A DNA stretch of 30,835 nucleotides from a virus, in IMG/VR virus record IMGVR_UViG_3300015608_001846, positions 120,001-150,835 of that record. One strand, 5' to 3'. The notes under the pieces were generated by a model, which ran no database searches, was not told the DNA's origin, and was given only the letters and a program-made list of their open reading frames with translations. A program made the translations under genes and the position numbers. Below are positions 1 through 6,618 of this stretch, piece by piece (the first letter of the stretch is position 1; the number at the start of each line of letters is the position of its first letter).

Positions 1-1359
1 AAAGCAACATCCGAAGGTCGACGACGAGCATTCATCGATGGAGATATCGTCGCCTGGAATAAAGGTCTGACCAAGGACAATGATCCCAGGGTCGCAGCAG
101 CCGCCGTAGCTCAACAACAGCGATTCGAGGCTAAAGACGTTCGACCTTGGGCTGAAGGCAAGACTGAAGCGGGTGATGAATGCATTCTTCGAAAAAACAA
201 TGCACTTCGAAAAAGGTACGCCAAAGGAGAGCTTGAACCTTGGTACAAGGGAAAGACGATCGCGTCTGAACCTCGATTAGAAAAACTCTGGCAACACCGT
301 GATCCTGTCAAAGAGTATGCTGGTATCCGATGGACGGATGATGAGATCAGGGGAAAACTTGCAGGGAACATGCAACTCATCCTGCAAGACATCGACGGTT
401 ACAGAAATGATCGGATCCCGGCGCTGGTTGTCATGTGCAGGACGTGCAGTGAAACATCGAAGGTTTCACTTGTCTTTGCAAGAAACGATCGCTGCCATCG
501 ATGTAACCCTACGAGCTCGGCCGGTCAGAATCAGATCGCTGATTGGTTGGAATCACTGGGACTCAAGGTCGGTCGCAATGTCAAGGGCATCATCGGAAAT
601 CGTCAAGAGCTTGACGTATACGTTCCTTCGCACAAGCTAGCGATCGAATTCAATGGACTCTATTGGCACAATGAAGCAGGTGGTAAGGGACCCAAGTACC
701 ATCAAAATAAGTCGAATCGGTGCGCTGAACTCGGGATCACACTGCAACATGTCTTCGAAGACGAATGGTATGAACGACCTGACATCGTCAAATCGATGAT
801 CATGCATCGACTGTCAATGACACCCAAGCGTACTTCTGCTCGTAAGTGCAATCTTCGTGAGGCAACGATCGATGAACGTCGAACGTTCTTCGAAGCAAAT
901 CACATTGATGGTGATGTGCCTTCAACGAAGGCATGGTGCCTCGTCGACGAAGAAGAGATCGTAGCGTGTATCTCGATACGAAAACCGTTTCACAAATCAC
1001 AAAGCAAATTGATCGAAATCGCTAGGTTTTCGACCAAAACGTACACTTCTTGCGCCGGCGCCCTAAGCAGATTGATGCGATGTGTGGTTGCATACACTCT
1101 AGAACACAAGCTCGCGGGAGTGATGACGTACGTTGACACACGCTTCGGTAATCGAGGAAAAGGTTACTGTAGCGCAGGTATGACATTCACAAAAGAAACA
1201 GAACCTAGGTTCTGGTGGACAGACAACCACCATCGATTCAATCGATTCAAGTTTCGAGCCGACAGAGGGAGGCAGATGTCAGAAGCTCAGGTCGCAGAAG
1301 CTGCTGACGTCGTCAAGATCTGGGGTTGCAAGAATCTTGTGTACCAAATCAACGTCTGA
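1..1359 (+). CDS. Homing-endonuclease-like protein, 5'-partial (Vsr/DUF559-type PD-(D/E)xK-fold nuclease core plus uncharacterised C-terminal domain)
   Basis: Frame 1 is open from base 1 through the listed ATG at 370 to TGA 1357-1359, so the gene enters from the left edge. It has repeated W-x-[KE]-G-[LK]-T motifs (AWNKGLT, PWAEGKT, PWYKGKT) and a CRTC..CHRC zinc-ribbon pair. The nuclease signature ELDVYVPSHKLAIEFNGLYWHNE is shared with ORFs 11695-12612, 25950-26699 and 29440-30835. It is the only credible plus-strand gene and is convergent with all neighbours. Confidence 0.6.
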   Translation, partial: KATSEGRRRAFIDGDIVAWNKGLTKDNDPRVAAAAVAQQQRFEAKDVRPWAEGKTEAGDECILRKNNALRKRYAKGELEPWYKGKTIASEPRLEKLWQHRDPVKEYAGIRWTDDEIRGKLAGNMQLILQDIDGYRNDRIPALVVMCRTCSETSKVSLVFARNDRCHRCNPTSSAGQNQIADWLESLGLKVGRNVKGIIGNRQELDVYVPSHKLAIEFNGLYWHNEAGGKGPKYHQNKSNRCAELGITLQHVFEDEWYERPDIVKSMIMHRLSMTPKRTSARKCNLREATIDERRTFFEANHIDGDVPSTKAWCLVDEEEIVACISIRKPFHKSQSKLIEIARFSTKTYTSCAGALSRLMRCVVAYTLEHKLAGVMTYVDTRFGNRGKGYCSAGMTFTKETEPRFWWTDNHHRFNRFKFRADRGRQMSEAQVAEAADVVKIWGCKNLVYQINV

Positions 1360-1436
1360 TCGTCAAGGGACCGGCGCCGGATCTCTTCCTTGATCAATCG
1401 CTTGAGGGTCGCCCCTGTCAACGTCTTCGACCTCAT
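1287..1436 (-). pseudogene. Truncated remnant of a paralog of ORF 1864-2184 (cassette gene B')
   Basis: ATG 1436 lies 1 nt after the stop of the upstream ORF, mirroring the intact pair at 2193/2184. The first 22 codons MRSKTLTGATLKRLIKEEIRRR parallel MKLTNATLKRLIKEELRRR, with many synonymous differences. Similarity ends at ~1371, 12 nt from the stop of the convergent HEG. Beyond that the frame runs antisense into the HEG. Confidence 0.5.
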
Positions 1437-1437
1437 C

Positions 1438-1829
1438 TCAAGGTTCCCAGATCTTGAACGTCTGAACGGCGCGCCAGCTGATTGTCCCAAACAGGATGCC
1501 GGAAGCTCTCGCCCGGAAGCTGTGGCCGTCGACATCAAGGTCAGTCGATGCGTCTAACAAGGCAAGGTCGCCCTGGACCGAACCCACCAACGAGATGTCG
1601 ACGCGTGTGATGGTGTCATTGACGATCTTGAACGTTGCATCCTTGACGACTTTTACGACGCTACCACCAGAATAACCAAAAACTCTCCCGTGACACTGAC
1701 AATGCAGTTGTCGAGGATGGGATCGAACCCTAGGTCGTCATTGATGTGAATCGAACTGATCGTCGTCAGTCCCGTGCCGCTAGCGTCACCGATATTTTGG
1801 TACGACTGAAAATCAGGGAGTCTCGCCAT
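1438..1829 (-). pseudogene. Frameshifted paralog of ORF 2193-2582 (cassette gene A')
   Basis: From ATG 1829 the frame reads MARLPDFQSYQ...LGFDPILDNCIVSVTGEFLVILVVAS and stops at 1653-1655. Shifting one base at the GG/TTTTT run (1676-1682) continues GYSGGSVVKVVKDATFKIVND...ISWRAVQTFKIWEP, with stop at 1438-1440. The whole is colinear with the intact copy (MRFPDFQSYQ...NGEFLGYSEGRIV...ISWRAVQTFKIWEP). Neither piece reaches the ORF-track cutoff as a complete gene. Confidence 0.6.
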
Positions 1830-1863
1830 TGTGTTGTTCTCTTGCTTGCCTTTCTTGAGAGTT

Positions 1864-2184
1864 TCACTTCACTGGTTTACGTGGCGGCGGGGGAGGCGCC
1901 TTCTTCTTGGCACGGTTGACATCGCCGCTGATGATCGATTGTGATTTTGAGTCGACGCTGAACGCCAGTCGCTCGGTGGCTGAGTGGATCTCCTTGATGA
2001 CGCTGATCTCGCTGTCGGTCTCAGCCTCCTGCAGGGCGCGTTGGAAGAAGTTATCGGCCTCCCACAGCTTGGTGATCCCCTGCTTCATGTAGCTGCCGAC
2101 CTCGGACCCAGGGTGCAGTTCGTGCAACCGACGACGAAGTTCTTCTTTGATCAGTCTCTTGAGCGTGGCGTTCGTTAGCTTCAT
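1864..2184 (-). CDS. Small protein with N-terminal LKRLIKEE helix motif and Pro-rich basic C-terminus (cassette gene B)
   Basis: ATG 2184 is preceded by GAGGGA; the longer 2205 start would overlap the upstream gene. The N-terminus is MKLTNATLKRLIKEELRRRL and the C-terminus is KKKAPPPPPRKPVK. Confidence 0.6.
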   Translation of the reverse strand: MKLTNATLKRLIKEELRRRLHELHPGSEVGSYMKQGITKLWEADNFFQRALQEAETDSEISVIKEIHSATERLAFSVDSKSQSIISGDVNRAKKKAPPPPPRKPVK

Positions 2185-2192
2185 TATGTCCC

Positions 2193-2582
2193 TCACGGTT
2201 CCCAAATCTTAAACGTCTGCACCGCACGCCAGCTGATGGCGCCGGCGGCGTGGCCGGATGCACGAGCACAAAACACGTGATCATCGACAACGATGTCTGT
2301 GGTGACACCCTTCAGTTCCGGATCGCAGTACGACGTCCCCGCCGGGTCGATCGACAACCTGACGACCTTGTCATCGACGATCCTGAAGACAGCCTCCTGC
2401 GTCACGTGGACGATTCGACCCTCACTGTAACCAAGGAACTCTCCGTTGACAACGACGACACAGTTGTCGAGCGGCGGATCAAACCCCAGACCAGAATTGA
2501 TGTGCCTAGCAACGATGGTCACCGGATCGGGTCCAGTGACAGTTAGGGTGCCTTGGTACGATTGAAAGTCAGGAAAACGCAT
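2193..2582 (-). CDS. Hypothetical beta-rich protein (cassette gene A)
   Basis: 129-aa ORF. Its stop at 2193-2195 is followed after 8 nt by the start of 1864-2184. It is the intact paralog of 1438-1829. No family recognised. Confidence 0.6.
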   Translation of the reverse strand: MRFPDFQSYQGTLTVTGPDPVTIVARHINSGLGFDPPLDNCVVVVNGEFLGYSEGRIVHVTQEAVFRIVDDKVVRLSIDPAGTSYCDPELKGVTTDIVVDDHVFCARASGHAAGAISWRAVQTFKIWEP

Positions 2583-2588
2583 TTTATC

Positions 2589-2765
2589 CTACGCTAGCGG
2601 GCACCAATCATCACACTCATCACCACATCCACATACCGGGCAGGTGGTTGTACCTGCATCGATGCCTTCTGATATGACGCTCGAGCCGTCCTCTTGCCTC
2701 TTTAAAAGGGCACGAGAAAACTCTTCGTCTATCAACCGTTGTAGCACCTTGCTAGTGATGATCAT
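2589..2765 (-). CDS. Small Cys-rich protein (58 aa) with N-terminal LQRLIDEE motif, below the ORF-track cutoff
   Basis: ATG 2765 is preceded by AAGGAA. It translates MIITSKVLQRLIDEEFSRALLKRQEDGSSVISEGIDAGTTTCPVCGCGDECDDWCPLA, with stop TAG 2589-2591. It fills the otherwise empty gap between 2582 and 2777. Confidence 0.5.
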   Translation of the reverse strand: MIITSKVLQRLIDEEFSRALLKRQEDGSSVISEGIDAGTTTCPVCGCGDECDDWCPLA

Positions 2766-2776
2766 TTATTCCTTGC

Positions 2777-3385
2777 TCAACCGCTGGGTTCCATCAGCCG
2801 GTGCAACACCTGCGTCACCTGCTCGACAAGAGCGTTGGTGAGCTCCTCGTCTGCTAGGACCTGTTTGACGATCTTGACCGCAAAGTACTCCACGTCCTCG
2901 TACCGTCCCGGTCGCGCCGCCGTCTCATCATCGATCGTACCCAATACGATCTCGTATGCATCTGCAGCAACGTCGCTCTGTTCTAGCTGCTTGGTCAGGC
3001 TGATGACCATCGCGCTAGAGATTGCATCCAACGTGTCGTCCAGGTGAGAGTTCGGGATCACTCCTTCAGACTCATCGAGACGACGATCGATCGTCTGTCG
3101 AATGATTCGACGCAACGATTCCTTCGTCAGTCGTTTGACCGGGCGACGCCCCTCGAGGACGTCAGCCTCAAGCAACGCAGGGCAACCGGGAGCGTGTGAA
3201 TCGGTGCCGCCGCAGTCGGGACAACGTTCATCGTCACGTCGTTTAGGTTCGTTGGTGACCCACCCACAGTTGCGGCAGTGACGACCGCGCTCGCCCGGTT
3301 CAACCTTGCGATACCCATAGTCAGCGCAACTTGCGCACACGCTGGTCACCGGATCAAACGCAGCTTCGTTCATTTTCTTCATCAT
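2777..3385 (-). CDS. Zinc-ribbon protein with internal LRRIIRQTIDRR motif and acidic helical C-terminal half
   Basis: The first ~70 aa carry the cysteine pairs CASC..CRNC and CPDC..C. AGGTGA lies next to the ATG pair at 3385/3382. It follows the sheath gene by 48 nt on the same strand. Confidence 0.65.
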   Translation of the reverse strand: MMKKMNEAAFDPVTSVCASCADYGYRKVEPGERGRHCRNCGWVTNEPKRRDDERCPDCGGTDSHAPGCPALLEADVLEGRRPVKRLTKESLRRIIRQTIDRRLDESEGVIPNSHLDDTLDAISSAMVISLTKQLEQSDVAADAYEIVLGTIDDETAARPGRYEDVEYFAVKIVKQVLADEELTNALVEQVTQVLHRLMEPSG

Positions 3386-3433
3386 TCACCTAACGATCAT
3401 TGACGTGTTGAACCCATCTGACCCCGCCAGCCG

Positions 3434-6400
3434 TCAAGGAACCTGGTTCAGGTTGTTGGCGACGGCAAAGTCAAGCGACACATATTCGATCGTCTTTGTC
3501 GGTTGGACAAAGATCTTTCCGCGGAGGGTGTTGTTCTCGATGTCAGCCTGTGTCGTCGTCGATGAATCAATGATGACCTTGAACTTCTCGAGGCCCGCCA
3601 GCGCCTGGATCCTCTGCAGGCGTGGGGTGATGGCATTCGAGAACTTGGCCAGTGTTGCCTCTCGGTTAGGTTCAAAGGTGATCGTGTGCGCAATGTCACG
3701 GACCTGTCGACGAATGTCAATCAGCAACCGACGAACGTTGACACGGTCGAGGGCGCTAGCGCCGGCCTGCAACGTCTTCTGACCCCAGACGATGACGCCA
3801 CCCTTTGGGTTGGTGCCAGACGAAGCGTTGCCAGGGAACGACACGATCGGATTGATGTTCACGTCGTACAACGTGTCCATGTTTTCCTTTTTCAACTGCA
3901 CACGAGCCTCAAGCGATGTCTGCAATGAACCTCGTGTGAAGCCTGCAGGAGCGAACCACGGGTGACCCAGCTTGTCATTGAGTGCCATCGCACCCAAGAC
4001 AACGACCGAAGGCGGCACGTATACGTTGGTCTTGGTCGTCGGATCCTGGATCAAAACATCCGGGAAGTAAGCAGCTGCGAAGCTGGTGTTCAGTGCACGT
4101 TCACTAAACTGCTGTGCTGTCAACTGGACAGACGGCAGCTGCGTATCGCTGACCACATCGTCACCCTGGTTGTCAAGCTGTTCGATGTCCATCAGGTACA
4201 GTGCATCGAACCTCTCTTCGACGGCATCCACGACGGCATTTGACACGATGGGGTGCCGGATACCCGGGATGACGAGCAGCTGCACATCAGCATTGACGAC
4301 GTTCTTCATGACGTCAAGCGCCTTCGCGAAGGCCCTGACCGACGGTCCATCGTTGCGACCGCGGTTGCCGTCGTTCATGTCAGCGACGACAGCGTTGTTG
4401 TTGATCTCAGACTCGTCTTTGTTGAAGATGTTGACACCGTCTGAACCGCCTTGCATCAAGAAGCTGTACTTCAGGAAGCGACGATTTGACTGGTTGAAGT
4501 CGTCGACTGTCACCTTACGTGTCTTGTTGGTTTCATCCGCCACGATGTTACCATCACGGACGTAAGTTGCCTGGTGCCACATGGTCGAGTCAGCGATGCC
4601 CGCTGAACTTGTCACCACTTTGATGTTTTCAAGCGTAAAGACGTTGCGACAGAAACGATCAGAATCTAACACTGAGTTCTCGGCAGTGTCTGGCGTCCCC
4701 GCGTTGTCACCTACGACGAAGTCTTGCAATGTCTCAAAGTGCGACGGGAAATAACCCGCAAACGCAGCCAACGATTTGTTCTGCAGGGTGCTGGCATTTG
4801 GTGTCGTCAAACTGGTGATGTGTTCGAACTGCACGCCCCAGTACAGCAGTGGGTTGAACGTTAACTTGGCGCCTGAACCTTGTGTGATGTTGCTTCGTAG
4901 CGGCAGGGGCGCCTCGACAGCACGTTTCAAGACCAGAGACGCTGTGATTTGCGATGACGTTGGGCTCGTCAACGGAGCAGAACCCGACGTGACCAGGTGG
5001 AGCGGGCCGCGAACACCGAAAGGTAACGCTGTAGGGTCGACTGACATGTTGTCGACCTCTTGCGAGACCTCGACCCTGATGAGGTTGGAGTTGTTCGGAT
5101 AGTTGCCATCGATGACGATCTTTTGGCTAGATTCCGCCCGATCCCAATCAAAGAAGATGTTCGCATCACCGATCACTTTGGCGATGTAGCGATCAGAACG
5201 TGGGTCCAGCGACAGGCCACGCCACTGTTCCAGGGGCTTGACAGATCCATCGTTGTCATCCCACTCCCTAACGATCAAATCAAAGCTACCGTACAGGTTC
5301 GACGGATCTGACGACGGAGCGATGTTCTCGATCGACAGCTTGAACAGGATCGAGACACCTGACCCAGCGTCGATAGCGTGCAAACGAAACAAGTTGGTCG
5401 CTTCGCCACCGAAACGCTGTGAAATGACCCACGGCGATCGAGCGTGAGAGTAGCGATCAGTCCATCCTTCATAGTTAGGCACGTAGCTGTTTCCGGTGTT
5501 CCTGGCAAGCGATGCCGTTGTCAAGAACGCAGCTGCTTCAGCTCCTGACTTTGAACCGCTGACGCCACCTGCACCAGAGACAGCATGTACCAAACCAGAA
5601 CCGGTGACGACCGCTGTCGACGGATGAACATCCCAGAAGGCATGCAAGTAGTGTCCCGCTTGTTGGTACTTCAACGGATCGCGATTCATGACGTTCGCAA
5701 AGTAATTTGGAGACGTCATGTCAAACGATGCCGTGATCACATTGGGATACAACGAATCTATTCCCTGGTGACCGTTCAACAGCATGACAAAGTCTTGCTT
5801 GGCGACCTGTCCATCAAGCAGAACGACAGAACCGATAAGACTGCCGCTAGCTGTCGTGTCAGTAGCAACTAACGTCGATGCGGGAGCTGAATTGATACCC
5901 TCCGCCGACGATGATAGACGCAAGATAACACCCGAAGGTGCCATGATAACGCCTCGGATGATCGGCACTGCAGTATTGACGCCAGCTGTCACGCTGCCTT
6001 GGCCTTGAAGGCCAGCGGCGCTGAAGACAGTCGAACCTGCAGACTCTGACATGAAAGCGCCTAAGAAATAGGTTCGGCCAGAGACGCTGAGGCTACCAGA
6101 GTTTGCATACGGGTTGCCAACCAGAGTGCCATCGCTGTCACGTGGTTGGTCCTCACCGACAGTGAAACCGGCTCGAGCGACTGACCCATCGGTCGACCGT
6201 CGACGACCGTCACCGACACCCAGGACGCGCAAGAAGGTTACTGCAGATGCATTACGCATCCACTCAGACACCGCAAGCGGACCAAACTTCTTGCCATCAG
6301 TCGGACCAAACTTGGCGTAAAAATCATCGACCAGGCCAACAGTGACCGGAACATAGGCAGGTCCCTTCAACGACGTGCCGATGACACCAGCAGGAACGCC

Positions 6401-6481
6401 GACCGGTTCCTGAGCGACCGGACCAGAAAGGTCGATCTCCTTTGCAGTCACGCCCGCGGAACCGAACTTTAATTGCGCCAT
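3434..6481 (-). CDS. Tail sheath protein, gp18-like, paralog 1 (1015 aa)
   Basis: The N-terminus reads EIDLSGPV..VGVPAGVIGTSLKGPAYVPV. The C-terminus reads WFAPAGFTRG..INPIVSF..WGQKTL..ALDRVNVRRLLIDIRR..KFKVIIDSSTTTQADIENNTLRGKIFVQPTKTIEYVSLDFAV. This parallels the T4 gp18 C-terminal domain (SPAGYNRG..INPV..YGDKT..DRINVRRLFN..YRVVCDTTNNTPSVIDRNEF..IQPARSINYITLNFV, recalled from memory). Confidence 0.88.
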   Translation of the reverse strand: MAQLKFGSAGVTAKEIDLSGPVAQEPVGVPAGVIGTSLKGPAYVPVTVGLVDDFYAKFGPTDGKKFGPLAVSEWMRNASAVTFLRVLGVGDGRRRSTDGSVARAGFTVGEDQPRDSDGTLVGNPYANSGSLSVSGRTYFLGAFMSESAGSTVFSAAGLQGQGSVTAGVNTAVPIIRGVIMAPSGVILRLSSSAEGINSAPASTLVATDTTASGSLIGSVVLLDGQVAKQDFVMLLNGHQGIDSLYPNVITASFDMTSPNYFANVMNRDPLKYQQAGHYLHAFWDVHPSTAVVTGSGLVHAVSGAGGVSGSKSGAEAAAFLTTASLARNTGNSYVPNYEGWTDRYSHARSPWVISQRFGGEATNLFRLHAIDAGSGVSILFKLSIENIAPSSDPSNLYGSFDLIVREWDDNDGSVKPLEQWRGLSLDPRSDRYIAKVIGDANIFFDWDRAESSQKIVIDGNYPNNSNLIRVEVSQEVDNMSVDPTALPFGVRGPLHLVTSGSAPLTSPTSSQITASLVLKRAVEAPLPLRSNITQGSGAKLTFNPLLYWGVQFEHITSLTTPNASTLQNKSLAAFAGYFPSHFETLQDFVVGDNAGTPDTAENSVLDSDRFCRNVFTLENIKVVTSSAGIADSTMWHQATYVRDGNIVADETNKTRKVTVDDFNQSNRRFLKYSFLMQGGSDGVNIFNKDESEINNNAVVADMNDGNRGRNDGPSVRAFAKALDVMKNVVNADVQLLVIPGIRHPIVSNAVVDAVEERFDALYLMDIEQLDNQGDDVVSDTQLPSVQLTAQQFSERALNTSFAAAYFPDVLIQDPTTKTNVYVPPSVVVLGAMALNDKLGHPWFAPAGFTRGSLQTSLEARVQLKKENMDTLYDVNINPIVSFPGNASSGTNPKGGVIVWGQKTLQAGASALDRVNVRRLLIDIRRQVRDIAHTITFEPNREATLAKFSNAITPRLQRIQALAGLEKFKVIIDSSTTTQADIENNTLRGKIFVQPTKTIEYVSLDFAVANNLNQVP

Positions 6482-6499
6482 CTCTATTCAACCTCGTGT

Positions 6500-6509
6500 C
6501 TAACTATTC
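6500..6509 (-). promoter_or_regulatory. GAATAGTTAG element 18 nt upstream of the sheath-1 start (variant of candidate late-promoter motif)
   Basis: The minus strand reads GGAATAGTTAGACACGAGGTTGAATAGAG-ATG. It shares GAATA[CG]TTA[CG] with the elements at 9669-9678 and 21746-21755. Confidence 0.3.
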
Positions 6510-6568
6510 CGAAATTAACGCTTTCACGCGTCGAACGCTAGAAGTGCATCAACGCCATCACTCATAAC

Positions 6569-6601
6569 GAACCTGCGTCAGTAAGCTACTGACGCAGGTT
6601 C
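6569..6601 (-). terminator. Perfect 15-bp stem / 3-nt loop hairpin between the two sheath genes (attenuator, terminator or RNA-stability element)
   Basis: cgaacctgcgtcagta-agc-tactgacgcaggttc. It lies 18 nt after the stop of 6619-9630 in the transcription direction. The downstream minus-strand tract CGUUAUGAGU is only weakly U-rich. Confidence 0.35.
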
Positions 6602-6618
6602 ATCAGATCGTATCGCTG

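Noticed and set aside
111-640. ORFs 111-392 (-) and 299-640 (+) at the left edge
   Set aside because: Both overlap frame 1, which is open from base 1 and continues into the 370-1359 nuclease gene with recognisable motifs. The alternatives have off-frame composition.
1719-1730. tRNA T-arm-like sequence GGGTTCGATCCC on the minus strand
   Set aside because: Only 3 bp of stem are possible, and no acceptor or anticodon arms fit. The sequence encodes LGFDP in pseudogene A', and the equivalent codons occur in the intact paralog (GLGFDPP). It is coding sequence, not a tRNA.
4086-4565. Long antisense or off-frame ORFs inside the big structural genes (e.g. 4086-4565 +, 7922-8356 +, 8430-8837 -, 10591-11004 +, 21166-21660 +, 16232-16597 +)
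   Set aside because: They lie entirely within far longer, family-recognisable minus-strand genes. They have Arg/Ser/Pro/Cys-rich off-frame composition and lack RBS or coupling context. They are typical shadow ORFs.
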